Below are positions 1 to 13,041 of a DNA stretch of 64,000 bases, one piece after another. Position 1 is the stretch's first letter. Every line of letters begins with the position of its first letter. The DNA comes from Eledone cirrhosa. Taxonomy: Eukaryota. The stretch is from assembly GCA_964016885.1 (NCBI GenBank), contig OZ024745.1:25668001-25732000 (forward strand). The letters run 5' to 3'. The notes beneath the pieces are model-generated. The model was not told the DNA's origin. It worked only from the letters and a program-made list of their open reading frames with translations, and ran no database searches. The position numbers were made by a program, and so were the translations under genes.

Positions 1-508
1 TAGAATATCCCTTTCGAAGGTGAAGCATTTATTTTGCTATTTCTTATGGCTAGAATATCCCTTTCGAAGGTGAAGCATTTATTTTGCTATTTCTTATGGC
101 TAGAATATCCCTTTCGAAGGTGAAGCATTTATTTTGCTATTTCTTATGGCTAGAATATCCCTTTCGAAGGTGAAGCATTTATTTTGCTATTTCTTATGGC
201 TAGAATATCCCTTTCGAAGGTGAAGCATTTATTTTGCTATTTCTTATGGCTAGAATATCCCTTTCGAAGGTGAAGCATTTATTTTGCTATTTCTTATGGC
301 TAGAATATCCCTTTCGAAGGTGAAGCATTTATTTTGCTATTTCTTATGGCTAGAATATCCCTTTCGAAGGTGAAGCATTTATTTTGCTATTTCTTATGGC
401 TAGAATATCCCTTTCGAAGGTGAAGCATTTATTTTGCTATTTCTTATGGCTAGAATATCCCTTTCGAAGGTGAAGCATTTATTTTGCTATTTCTTATGGC
501 TAGAATAT
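1..508. repeat. 50-bp tandem repeat, 10 identical copies, runs off the left edge
   Basis: Unit TAGAATATCCCTTTCGAAGGTGAAGCATTTATTTTGCTATTTCTTATGGC repeats exactly at 1, 51, ... 451, then a partial TAGAATAT. Confidence 0.98.
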
Positions 509-589
509 ATGCAGTTCGCCACATCTGCATAAACATCCACGCCACTGATAAGGAAGGGAAAGGCAATGGCCGATACAACTTGACACCAT

Positions 590-740
590 TGACGTGGCAC
601 TTCCACAGTTGAGGTAAACTGGAGCAACGTGAAATAAAGTGTCTTGCTAAAAAAAAACACAACACATCACCCGGTCCAAGAATCGAACTTACAACCTCCC
701 GATTGCAAAGCCCAACGCTATAGACACCAAACCATGCATC
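590..740 (-). mobile_element. tRNA-derived SINE family B, diverged copy
   Basis: GGAGCAACGTGAAATAAAGTGTCTTGCT...CATCACCCGGTCCAAGAATCGAAC is the reverse complement of the SINE B copies at 62487 and 63399. Confidence 0.8.
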
Positions 741-943
741 ATAGCCCCCAAAATAATTTGCACGCTTTCACACCTGCGCCCGAGAGGAAATTCTCTCTCC
801 TTATCTCACATCTATTTTAACCTGAAACTTTCTAAACAGTGTGGCCTAAAAGAATCCATTATATTTCACAAATCTGCACAGGTGATGAATCGGTGAAGTT
901 GTTTGAATGTAAGACAAATTCCTTTTTCAATATGTGTTTCGGC

Positions 944-1080
944 TGGTGGTAGATTGACTAAATTGGTAGAGTGTCGGATAAAGTGCTATTGCGGTATTTG
1001 TTCTGGATCTTTATATTCTGAGTTCAAATCTCACCGATATCAACTTTGCCTTTTATTCTCCCAGGATCGATATAAAGTAA
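944..1080 (+). mobile_element. tRNA-derived SINE family A, diverged copy
   Basis: B box GAGTTCAAATC followed by CAACTTTGCCTTTTATTCT...GATCGATATAAAGTAA, as in other family A copies. Confidence 0.75.
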
Positions 1081-1199
1081 CGCTTTCACTAATTCGCTGC
1101 TATATTTGTGATTTTCTTCGAAAGTTCGAACAGAAAGAAGAAAGAACTTTAAAATAAAAAACAAAACGAAAAAAAAAATGACGCAACCTTAGAAGCCAT

Positions 1200-1470
1200 G
1201 CTAGAAGAGAGTCGATCATATCGAACCAGTATTCTTTTAAAGTCTAGTACTTATTTTATTGATTTCATTTTGTCGAATCGTTAGGATACGGGAGATATAT
1301 ATTGACACACACACACACACGCTCACACATATCTACGGCTGGCTTCCGTGTAGTTTTCACTCACAAAGCATTGGTCAACCCGAAACTTTAGTAGAATGTA
1401 GTACCAAGATTGAACTTAAAACCAAATGGTCGCAAAGCGAAGTTTTTAATCCCACAAGCCCTGCATATAC
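1200..1470 (-). mobile_element. tRNA-derived SINE family C, old copy
   Basis: GGCTTCCGTGTAGTTTTCACTCACAAAGCATTGGTCAACCCG...AGTAGAA resembles the copy at 19200-19545. Confidence 0.55.
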
Positions 1471-1539
1471 AGATAATGCTTTATTGTTTCGGTACAAGCC
1501 ACCAGTTTGGGGGAAGGAAAAGCAGATTAAATAGATTCT

Positions 1540-1891
1540 AGTGCGTGATAGGAACTTTATTTTATCGACCCGGTGAGGATGAAAGGCAAAACTAACCTCA
1601 GCGAGATATGAACATAGAAGGTAAAGGGCCGTAACTCTATGCTGCAAGGCATGGTGTCCGATATCTGCCGATACTTCCAATCCACCGCCCTATACATATA
1701 ATTGTTTCTACTTTTGGCACAAGGCCAGCAATTATCCCAGTACATTACTGGTACTTTATTTTATCGACCCCATAAGGATGAAAGGTAAAGTTAACCTCGG
1801 CGGGATTTGAACTCAGACCATAAAGGGCCGTAACTCTTTTCTGCAAAGCATGGCGTCAGACCCTCTACCGATACTGCCAATCCACCGCCCT
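1540..1891 (-). mobile_element. two adjacent SINE A copies (about 1540-1691 and 1699-1891)
   Basis: Both contain TTTATTTTATCGACCC...GATGAAAGG...AACCTC...GAAC...CCAATCCACCGCCC and both are followed by TATACATATAAT. Confidence 0.92.
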
Positions 1892-1997
1892 ATACATATA
1901 ATAATAATAATACAGCTCTTCTCTGCAACTTCATAATGGGAACCTGTATGTAAGTTCCTAAATAGAAACCGGCTCTAACATGTATGTGTATGTGTGT

Positions 1998-2063
<66 letters not shown>

Positions 2064-3611
2064 ATTCTACAGACACGTGTACTTTTAGCGAAATTCTCAG
2101 TGATTTACATGTATGTGCAACTTATTTTTTCTGTCAGAGAGGGCAGTAATATGTGAAATAATATGTCTCGTCATTGGGAATCGAACTCACGTCCTTACGG
2201 TTGTGATCTGAATACTTTAACTTCTACGCCACGCATCTTCACACATCTAACAGTTATTAGATATAAATTCTAACATAAATTAAATTAACTCTTAACGTCT
2301 TACTCCTCAAAACACTGCGAATAGCCCGGCTCTAATGCAATTCGGGCCGAGGAGGGTAAACTCTCCAAATATCGGTTGCCGTCGAGCCCGTAGCATTGGA
2401 GACTTCTGGTGTCTTTGCTCCTAAGACCACCTCCCTACTCACCCCCATCGGCACAGTGTTAGCTACCCGCAGGTGTGAGCCTCACGAGCAGTAGGAATGG
2501 CTCTTCCAACGCGTCTCCCTCACTGTCCTCCGGGGAACGCCTTCTCTTTTCTGTCCACCGGGGCCACGGGGCGGCAAGTGCGTGGATCCCCATTTGCTTT
2601 TAATAGTGAGAGATGGGGAGAGAGACGGAGGCAGTGACAATGGGAATTTGATTCCATTATGTTCAGACCTAATATATATGCAAATATCATAAACAGAGCG
2701 ACCCAAACCCGCGCCAGTCACTCTTTAAAAGTACAAAACATCCCCATGACTGAATAATATTCAAACATAAAGTCTTTACTTTATTTAGTCTACTGCAAAT
2801 TTTCACAGCAATCTGTCTGTTCACTAATAAAGATATTTAAGCATTTTAATTAACAAGCCCATTTTCTACTAAATAATTACAGCATGTTAAGAGTACTACG
2901 GCAGATTTTTGGCTGTGATATAGTAAGTTTCATCCCGCCCACATTACTTTACAACTAACACAGCAGTAACCAATAGACAGGTGTATCGAACAAAAAAAAA
3001 AAAAAAAAAAAAAAATCTCAGCAACCCGAACATGTGGAAAAATGATGGATGGTTGATTGAATGAATCTGCAGCTTCCTATTATTTCTTCTTCTTTTTCTT
3101 AAAGTCTTCTCTGATGTCTCTAAGGTTAACATTCTTGAATCAGCTGGGATAATGCTGACTCAAGACGTTTTTAATTCAACACCATGGGATCTGTGAGAAT
3201 CTAAAGAAATAGACTGACTACAACACGTGTTCCTGTGGGAAATTCGGGAGAGACCGTAGTTCTATGTGAATACTTACACGTACATGCATGATAAATACGT
3301 GTTATGTGTTATGCGTGTATCTGTATGTATCCTGTATGTCTGTATACTTGTGCGTGTGTGTTTGTGTTTGTGTGGGCGTGTTTTTGTGTATGTATGTATA
3401 TGTACTATATATATGACATAGTTGAAGAGAAGTGTATATACATACATAGAAACAACGATCATTGACTACATAAAGGAGTCAATATATGCGTAGAGTGTAA
3501 TATAATATTATTGACAATGATATGACAATAATGTATACATATATATAATGTGTATAGTACATATGATGAATATAATCATATAAATATATATATAGTATAT
3601 AGTACACACAC

Positions 3612-3666
<55 letters not shown>

Positions 3667-3668
<2 letters not shown>

Positions 3669-3743
3669 GGGTGTCCCAAAAATGTATACACACTTCAACA
3701 GCATTCTAATAAATATGTGTATACATGTTTTTGGGACACCCTG
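3667..3743. mobile_element. 77-bp Tc1/mariner-like MITE
   Basis: TIRs CAGGGTGTCCCAAAAA / TTTTTGGGACACCCTG, followed by TA; related copies at 4390-4469 and 62786-62866. Confidence 0.85.
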
Positions 3744-3745
3744 TA

Positions 3746-3794
<49 letters not shown>

Positions 3795-3973
3795 GATATG
3801 AAATATATTATATTTGTATTATACATATAATTCTTTCTAGCATTGGCACAAGGCCAGCAATTTGAAAGAAGGGGAAAGTTGATGATACCGGCCCCAGAAC
3901 TCAACTGTTAGAAAGTGAGGTTTTCTTACAAAATAAAAAAATAAAAAAACGAGGTGTCCTACACGAGTGAAAG

Positions 3974-4248
3974 TATAAGGAAAAAAGATGAAATCGAAAA
4001 TGCAACTGGAGTCTTTTTTTTTTAAATATATTTATTTGTTCCTTTACCGGTTTCGCAGTTCTTGTGCTTTTCAAAAGTAGAATTGAGATGGAGGGTTTGT
4101 GGTTTTTCTCACAGATGTAAGAAAAACCACAAACCCTCCATCTCAATTCTACTTTTGAAAAGCACAAGAACTGCGAAACCGGTAAAGGAACAAATAAATA
4201 TATTTAAAAAAAAAAGACTCCAGTTGTATTTTCGATTTCATCTTTTTT

Positions 4249-4255
<7 letters not shown>
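3974..4255. repeat. 282-bp near-perfect palindrome made of two inverted copies of a ~140-bp dispersed element
   Basis: Arms TATAAGGAAAAAAGATG...GGTTTTTCT and AGAAAAACC...CATCTTTTTTCCTTATA meet near 4115; single copies at 16140-16275 and 24733-24878. Confidence 0.95.
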
Positions 4256-4290
<35 letters not shown>

Positions 4291-4354
4291 TATATATAGG
4301 ATATATATATATATATAGGATATATATACATATATATATATCCTATCCCCCCCC

Positions 4355-4389
<35 letters not shown>

Positions 4390-4391
<2 letters not shown>

Positions 4392-4469
4392 GGATGTCCC
4401 CCCAAAATGTATACATACTTCAACACCATTCTAATAAATATTTGTATACGTTATTTGGGGGACACCCTG
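4390..4469. mobile_element. second copy of the ~80-bp MITE
   Basis: TAGGATGTCCCCCCAAAATG...TTTGGGGGACACCCTG with the same interior CTTCAACA-CATTCTAATAAAT. Confidence 0.8.
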
Positions 4470-4747
4470 TATATATTCTCATTTTCTTTTCTTGTGTAAC
4501 TTTAGTCCGTTACATATACATCGGCTATCGTATAGGAGCTACTATCGACATTTGCTAGACATTAAATCACCAAATTTAGACATAAGGTTGATCAAGATAA
4601 CTCCAAATTAATTAGTCATACTACTTTAGAAAATGTCTGTGTAGTCTAGAAGGCGTTGTTTTAACACAAAAGTCTTGCTTTGACTATATTTGACATCAAC
4701 TACACAGTATTATCATAAGTGATATCTGTTGGCTATCATATGTTCGT

Positions 4748-5030
4748 ACCTGTAACACCTAATGGAATCGTTGTGGCACCGTAGTGTCATACGCTGTTTC
4801 TTAGGCATATTAAACCTGGCTGAGCCCATCTCTCTCCAGGTCTGAACAAATCCGATTTCTTCTAGAGAAGAGGTGAGAAAGAGATATAGAGGAAGAATTG
4901 ACCCCAGTACTGGACTGGTATTTTATTATTGATCTTGACGGGATTTTAACTGGGAGCCTAGAGAGCCGCCAGAACGAATACCGCAAATATTCTATCTAAC
5001 GTTCTAATGAGTCTTCCAATTCGTCACTAC
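4748..5030 (-). mobile_element. SINE A-related element with an alternative 3' tail
   Basis: GTAACACCTAATGGA-TCGT...CCGTAGTGT-ATAC...CAGGTCTGAA is shared with 5758-5998 and joined to the SINE A central and head region. Confidence 0.65.
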
Positions 5031-5757
5031 GACGGCTAGCGTACTATATCAGTTATAGAAATACATACATTATACAGTACTAAAGATGTTGCTAAACGAT
5101 TTCAATCTCGAGTATAATGTCGAAGTCGTTATCACAAAATGACCTGATAAGGAAAAGCGACAGACATCTTACAGTTATTCAACAAAATTTGAAATCATGA
5201 AGCAGAAAACAGATATTTTTGTGAATGTGTTGCTATTATTCCTACTGCAAAGATTTATTGATGCCTCAGTAAAAAGAACACTGGATAGACTAGCAATTGC
5301 GCATAAAGTAATACTCTGCAACGGAAAACTATAAATATGTGCAAAGGTGCATTTCGTGGGTTACACGGAATTAAAGAGGCAAGATTAAAAATAGAAGTTC
5401 TCAATATCAAAAATGATATAGAAGATAAGCAAACATCGCAATCGCCAAATGATTTCCGAAGTAAGAATAACTCGTATTCGTGGGTGCTTCAAAAACTTTT
5501 CTCTGCGAAAGTAATCATTGCAAAGCATAAACAACACCCAGAATCATCTGTTTCCATTGCAACAATGCATAGACAATGAAGGTTACAGAGAATCTAGAAA
5601 CTTGGAGGGTTTGCCATTTGATTTTGTTGCAGTGACATTCTGATGAATCTGCATAATGCAAGGGAATTAGAAATAACCAAACTTGCACGAGGCTTTAGTG
5701 ACTGCTGTTTCTTTCACAGTAACCTCTAACTGTATGTCATCTATTATGTATGCATAT

Positions 5758-5998
5758 ACCCGTAACACCTAATGGAGTCGTAAGAGCCCCGTAGTGTTAT
5801 ACAGCGTTTCTTGGGCATGTTAAACCGAGTGAGAAGAACCCTCTTCAGGTCTGAAGACCACTGAATTCTCCCAGAGAATAGTGATATAGAGGAAGTGAGA
5901 AATATAGAGGAAAAAACTACTCCAGTACTGGATTGCTACCTTTTAATCAACCCCGAAAGGATGAAAAGTAAAATTGAACTCGGTGGGATTTGAACTCA
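5758..5998 (-). mobile_element. SINE A-related element with an alternative 3' tail, second copy
   Basis: Same tail as 4748, then CCCCGAAAGGATGAAAAGTAAAATTGAACTCGGTGGGATTTGAACTC. Confidence 0.7.
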
Positions 5999-7187
5999 TT
6001 GCAGGCTGGTTTATTGATTTGTCCATGGTGTTCTTATATTCATTATTCATCTATCTCGATAGTTAATCTGTATTCCACAGCACTTTTATATAATTCCTTG
6101 TGGCAGAGATTATTTCCTGGGACTGCGGTATATCGGGTCTGATGCCCTTCATATAAATGCGACGATATTTTCCTTGTTTATGTATTTTTCCAACAAAGAA
6201 ATGTTGCAATAATTGTAGTGACTAATTTATTTGGGATTTGGGTGATCCAATGTCATGGTAAATTTATCTTGCGCTTTGAGAGTTTTTAAGATTCTACCTA
6301 AAAAAAAAATGTTGTCTGAAATGTTGCGTTATAGGTCCTAATCCCTTTTATGAAATGGTTGTACTCTGTTGTGGAGAATAACACCCGTATTTTCAATCAC
6401 TTTAGCGGCTCAGCCAATAAAGTTATTTATTTATTTGCGTTGCAGCCGAGGGGATGAGGCCATGCTGGGGCACCGCCACTGATATGTTAATTTTTCAACT
6501 GAAACACTACATTGATGGTATTTCACTTTCCTACTTTAGTGCTTTACTAAGTTTTCCTACCTATGACATAAAACCAGTTACCACTGCATTACTAGAAGAA
6601 CATTCCTTGTTAGCTATGTGACTGAATCCAGCATTTAGAATGTTGGTCGCAGTAAACAACGCTGCCCTTCGGTGTGGTGTCTTTTCTATGCAATGCATGG
6701 AGTTTGATATATTTTTCCTCACAAGACACTTGTTCCCTGGACATGGAATTGAGGCGTTCTTGAAATTATTTTTCAGTTGTTGCACTCTCCTTGTTTGTGT
6801 TGAGATGGTGGCACTGCATCTTGGATCGTAGCCGCTCTTCTTTTCCTTGTTGCCTATTTATTGTTGAAGCTGGTTTTTGAGGTTTATGTGTGATTTCTTG
6901 CAATTGGAAAGAGATTCTATCAATGTTGCTGGGTCTCTTTTTAAGTCACATCTTGAATATTTGTTTTGTTAAATTATTAACTGACTGCCCGAGTGTCACT
7001 TAAAGTAATAAACAAATATTTGCGGGGACTGACAGTGAAATGTTTCAAACAGACATATTCAGAAATCTGTAGTAGAAACCATTTACAGTGTGAGCTTATC
7101 AAGGAGAAGCTTACTGTCACTAATAATTGAATAGAAAGTGGAAAGTTTTCAATGGAAAATTTCCCAACTATTGACTCGTAATAATCC

Positions 7188-7188
7188 G

Positions 7189-7269
<81 letters not shown>

Positions 7270-7274
7270 ATGTC

Positions 7275-7322
<48 letters not shown>

Positions 7323-7332
7323 TGTGTGTGTG
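7188..7332. repeat. compound microsatellite (TCTA)n-(GA)n-(TG)n
   Basis: Read directly from the sequence. Confidence 0.95.
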
Positions 7333-8013
7333 TAAATATATATGGGTATATATATGTGAATATACATATATATATATGTGTGTGTGTATCAATCTATTTA
7401 TCTATCTGGCTGGCTGGCTGGCTGTGTGTGGACGCATTTCTGTCCCTAATCAAATTGAGAATTGTTTCTCTAGAATCATCGCCAGACACTGGTTGCTGTC
7501 CCCCATTTTGTTATAGAATTCTGTCCCTCACAGTAAAGTTTGAACATACTCGAATATCTTTGTGTGTGTGTGTGTGTGTGTGTGTGATTCTTGGTGGATG
7601 TTGAGATTCTGTTCAACAGAGCCAGACTAGTTCACGTAAAATCTTTGAGATTCACGTTAAAATTTTCATTTTGCAAAAGATCGCATTATTATGTAATTCA
7701 TTATTTTTATATTTATTTTTATTTTCAAGAAGCTTCAAGCCTCCAGGAGAATTATACATACTTCATATAATGAGTATTTTCTCCGTTTATAAATACAAAC
7801 ATACCTAATATACTCGCACGCACATATGCCCACATTACACAATGTACCACACTGTATAATCATTGAGAAATACATTAGGGGTGCACATGTCTATGGAATG
7901 CTCAGCCGCCAGCACGTTAATTTCACGAACAGGCAGATCGGTTGTTCGAACAACTCGAACATTAATCGTCGAAATCGACGGAGCTCCAAGACCTATGGTC
8001 ATCATTATTTATC

Positions 8014-8803
8014 TAGATAACATTATTTAATGTGTCTTAGGACAGTATGATGTGATTTGAGGGGGAGTTTGGTTACTACTCCAATAGACAACAATTTCTT
8101 AGATAACATTATTTAATGTGTCTTTAGGACAGTATGATGTGATTTGAGGGAGAGTTTGGCTACTACTCCAATAGACAACAATTTCTTAGATTACCTTATT
8201 TAATGTGTCTTTAGGACAGTATGATTTGAGGGAGAGTTTGGCTACTACTCCAATAGACAACAATTTCTTAGATTACCTTATTTAATGTGTCTTAGGACAG
8301 TATGATGTGATGTGAGGGAGAGTTTGGTTACTACTCCAATAGACAACAATTTCTTAGATTACCTTATTTAATGTGTCTTTAGGACAGTATGATTTGAGGG
8401 AGAGTTTGGCTAATACTCCAATAGACAACAATTTCTTAGATTACCTTATTTAATGTGTCTTAGGACAGTATGATGTGATGTGAGGGAGAGTTTGGTTACT
8501 ACTCCAATAGACAACAATTTCTTAGATTACCTTATTTAATGTGTCTTAGGACAGTATGATGTGATGTGAGGGAGAGTTTGGTTACTACTCCAATAGACAA
8601 CCATTTCTTAGATTACCTTATTTAATGTGTCTTTAGGACAGTATGATTTGAGGGAGAGTTTGGCTACTACTCCAATAGACAACCATTTCTTAGATTACCT
8701 TATTTAATGTGTCTTTAGGACAGTACGATGTGATTTGAGGGAGAGTTTGGCTACTATTTCAACAGACAATAATTTCTTAGATTACATTATTAAATGTGTC
8801 CTA
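8014..8803. repeat. ~82-87-bp minisatellite, about 9 copies
   Basis: Unit TAGATTACCTTATTTAATGTGTCTT(T)AGGACAGTATGAT(GTGAT)TTGAGGGAGAGTTTGGCTACTACTCCAATAGACAACAATTTCT with small indel variants. Confidence 0.95.
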
Positions 8804-9043
8804 CATTGTTTTAAACGACAGAGTATAATATGATTTGAGCAACAACTAGTTACTGTTACGTCTAAACTTCCTCGCTGGATCGTAATAGCTGTCGTAGTTT
8901 TAGTTGTTTTGATTAAGTAAACCTACGATCTAACGTATTCCTGACGTGACTGTCCTGTCTTATCCCCACAAGACCACGAGGGTTGCCAGATTAGGCTACT
9001 TTTAAGGACTGTACGCTACTATATTTTATTATTTGGGAAACTA

Positions 9044-9237
9044 GGCGGTGGATTGGCAGTAAGGCGGTGGATTGGCAGTATCGGTAGAGGGTCGGACGCC
9101 ATGCTTTGAGGCATAGAGTTACGGCCCTAGCCATTCTGAGTTCAAAACCCGCCAAGGTTAACTTTGCCTTTCATCCTTACGGGGTCGATAAAATAAAGTA
9201 CCAGTAATGCACTGGTTAATTGTAGAAAGTAGAAACA
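9044..9237 (+). mobile_element. SINE A with a 16-bp TSD and a duplicated 5' end
   Basis: ATTATTTGGGAAACTA at 9028-9043 and 9238-9253; A-box-like TGGCAGTATCGG and B box GAGTTCAAAACC; AGGCGGTGGATTGGCAGT occurs twice. Confidence 0.93.
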
Positions 9238-10001
9238 ATTATTTGGGAAACTATAAAATTTTAATTCTTTAAGTTAAGAATCCTATTAAAAAGCATATTT
9301 AATCATCAAGTAAGTAAATTTGAACCGAACTTCAAGCAACCCATATATGTAGATTCCCGTGTTGTGTCGGGGGATAATCGCAGTTAAAATGTTACTCAAT
9401 ATAAGTAGGGCCAATACCTTACCACTAGGCAACCTTTTAACATAATCCACTAGCCTTGTACTACCTTAAAAAAAAGGGTTTGAAAACCATGGAGACCACC
9501 AATATCCAACGCGTCCAATATTTAAGAAGTTACAATGCAATTTGAAGGCATTTAACTGATATTTCTAGCAGATTACAACTATGGAGAGGCTCCCTCGTTG
9601 GCTCGTGGCTTTAGCAGTGGTTGGTATTTGTGGCCTTGGGTTACAATAATGATAGTGATTGTTGTACAGCTAGTGAATAGTGGTGAGTTTGGGTGATTGT
9701 AGAGGTGTTGGCTACAGTACTGGTGGTGCTGGTTTCGTCGTTATAGCAGCAGTGCTTAGTTTAGGGTATGGTGGCCGATTATAGTCATAACATAAAAACA
9801 ATAACAAAAACAAATAAGTGGACAAAAAGTCGGGAAAATATCTTAGAGGGGACGACGCAGTTAGAGGGAGGAGCAAAGGGCGCAGGAAGAGGAGGCATAT
9901 GTGAAGGCGGAGAGAGAATAGGAGGAGCGAAGCGGAAAACGAAGACGGAATAGAGAGAGGGGGAGGGATAGAGTGAGGGGGGAGAGAAAGAATGAGAGAA
10001 A

Positions 10002-10036
<35 letters not shown>

Positions 10037-10139
10037 CGATGGAAGTGCTGACATCAAACTAACAAACTCACACATGAATTTCTGTCGCTGCCAAGCCATT
10101 TCTCACAGCCGTTGGAGCCAAATGCGTATTATTTGTACG

Positions 10140-10801
10140 CGGTGTGTGTTCTGTGTGTGCTAAATATATGAATGTGTGAGTGTGCGTGTGTGTGCTGTGT
10201 GTCTGCATGTGCGCGTGTATGTGTGTGTGCGTGTGTGTGTGTGTGTGGTATTTTCTGGTTTTCTTCGTCTTCTCTGAGTAGAAATGTGTTTAAGAAAGGT
10301 GTGTGTGTTTATCTGTTTGTTGTATGTGTCAATGTAACAAATTTGGTTGTATTTGTTGAGTGCACGAAAATGAGGTGTCCAAATCTGATGCTATGTATGT
10401 ATGTATGTATGTATGTATGTATGTATGTATGTATGTATGTATGTATGTACGTATGTACGTACGTATGTATGTACGTATGTATGTATGTATGTATGTATGT
10501 ATGTATGTATGTATGTATGTATGTATGTACGTATGTACGTATGTGTGTGTATGTAAGTATGTGTCTATGTATGTAAGCGCAGTTCTGTCTGTCTGTCAGT
10601 CTATCGTTTATCTGACTATAAAGGTTTCTATGCGTGCGTGCGTGTTTGTGTGCTGTATGTTGTGTGTGTGTGTATGTGCTTGCTGTATGTTGTGTATGTG
10701 TGTGTTTTACGTCAATGTTTTTTTCTTTAATGTGGGTGTCCGCGCGTGGATGGCTACGTGTTGTATGCGTCTAGTTTGCAAGTGTCTATTAGAATATAGA
10801 C

Positions 10802-10867
<66 letters not shown>

Positions 10868-10872
10868 ATATA

Positions 10873-10921
<49 letters not shown>

Positions 10922-11078
10922 ATGTATGTATTTATATATATATATATATATATGTATGTGTATGTATGTATTTATATATGTATATATATGTATGTATGTA
11001 TTTACATGTACATATGTATATGTATGTATTTATATGTTTGTATTTGTGTGTGTGTATGTATATATGTATGAGTGTGTG

Positions 11079-11139
<61 letters not shown>

Positions 11140-11205
11140 ATCCGCTGGCGCATGCATGTGTATGAAGCAGAGAGAGAGGGAGATAGAGAGAGAGAGGGAG
11201 AGAGA
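10140..11205. repeat. microsatellite block (TG)n/(TATG)n/(TA)n/(GA)n
   Basis: Read directly; explains the MYVC, YI and CV ORFs. Confidence 0.95.
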
Positions 11206-11946
11206 ACAAATCACAACAAAATACACACGGACTGATAGACTGAATATTGCATTTAAAGGAAACAAACATAAATACCAACTGACGTTTGATTCAACAACAA
11301 CAACAACAACAGCAGATTAATGAAAGAAAGAAAAGAGGAAGAAAGGAAAAGAAAAAGAAAGTGGTTGAGAACATTGTTGATTGAGTAGAACAAATTCCCA
11401 AATGTCTTCAGTAAGTACTTGTTTTTGTTTTATTTCATCTATTGTTTTTTTTCTTTTTTTTTTCTTTTTACAATATTTCTTATTGTTATATAGCCCCAGG
11501 TCAGCAATGCTCTAGTAGTGGTAAACTGACTATGATCAGATCAATGGCGTTCCAGACATGCCCAACTAGGCTTTTGTTATATTAGAGTATCTAAGCCGAT
11601 ATGCCATCTATCTAATTGTGGATATTATTTAGTTGTTTTTTTTCTCTATGAAGACTACTCTCTTTTTTTTAAAGGAAAATTTAGCTGTTATATTTAGCAG
11701 GCCGAGCAAACACATAGAGGTCTCAAGCTTCTCCTTCCGTTGTTGCTTTGTATAGTTTTATTAATATGGTGTGGATTGGGGGGGGGGGGGGGCGATGATC
11801 TGAAACAGTAAGATCGAACCAACGGATTAAATTATTTTAGTTCATATCCTACAGATGCCTATATGTTGACATCGTTTTTCACCCCCTCAAGAATCAGTAA
11901 AATATGTACTAATAAATTATTTGATATATTTGCGGCTTTGTCGGTT

Positions 11947-12208
11947 CATCATCATCATCAAACTTCCCGCTACTGGTACAGACAGTTGTTGGAGTGCCAC
12001 TCTTGACGTTTTCGGTTTCTAGCCGTCGCCAATATTCTCTGTCCTTCATTATGCATAAAAGGGTCAATCCTTGAATATTTCGACCAGGATTTTCTTCACC
12101 TGCTTTTCTTATCTAAACTGTGCCCTAAATGACAGTTTTAGACAGAGAGTCATGATTGGATACGTTACCGTACCGGGCTTGCTTCAATTTTTTTTTTAAC
12201 TTGTGGCC
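11947..12208 (-). mobile_element. decayed RTE-clade LINE 3' end
   Basis: Minus-strand translation LKQARYGNVSNHDSLSKTVI*GTV* resembles the RTE C-terminal KLxWxGHVxRxxxLxKxIxxGxV motif; (GAT)n tail. Confidence 0.65.
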
Positions 12209-12954
12209 GAAAAACTGATTTCAGAGAGACTAGATGGGATTAAACCATTTCATTATTCCTTGAATTGTGTTGCATTCTAAAGGGATATTGAATCATTGAA
12301 GAAACCTCTATACATTTGCTCAGTCCGCCAGATAGTTATAGCCAGGGCCTCGATCCGGGACCCAGGCAGCCAAAGAGCACCCAGTGAACATCTGACATCG
12401 CCTACAACAGAACCCTCTCAAAAGTTTGGGAGGAGCAGCCCACTCGGTATCTTCTACTTTGTAAAATCTCTCTCTTAAAGTTCCTTCTTATAGATGGCAA
12501 ACTTCCCCCAATTCACACCATACTCTTAAAATATAGAAGACACACATTAGGTAATGTAGTCCTAGATACACTTGTCTGGAGGGGAAAAAGTTAAATTAGA
12601 TGATCATGGTCAGGATGCCTTTGATCATATATCAATGTGTTCGATTAAGATTGATCGAAGTATGGGGAGGGGGGGGGGGGCTAATCATCCTGAGATCTTA
12701 TATAAATCAGTGTTTCTTTAGTATGAGTTCTGTAAATAAATTGAGAAGTTGAAAAAGCTGTGAAAGAGTTATTAAGTTCGCAACATCATTTCGATCCTTA
12801 CATGAATATATTTCATGAGACACTCATCTTCATGAATACAAAGACCTATCCCCTCCTTGTCTAAAAATATAGGGTCTTCATTTGTGCATTGAGTTGATCA
12901 GATAGCATGTGAGGCCTCCAACAACACCTCCGACCACTTCATTCCGAAGCCACC

Positions 12955-12989
<35 letters not shown>

Positions 12990-13041
12990 AATAATAAAAT
13001 AACAGGAGGCTGGACTTGTGTAAACCCTTGAAAGGTTTATT

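Noticed and set aside
5080-7100. Possible decayed Penelope or other TE coding sequence
   Set aside because: No RT or GIY-YIG motif could be read in the frames I translated; it needs a translated HMM search.
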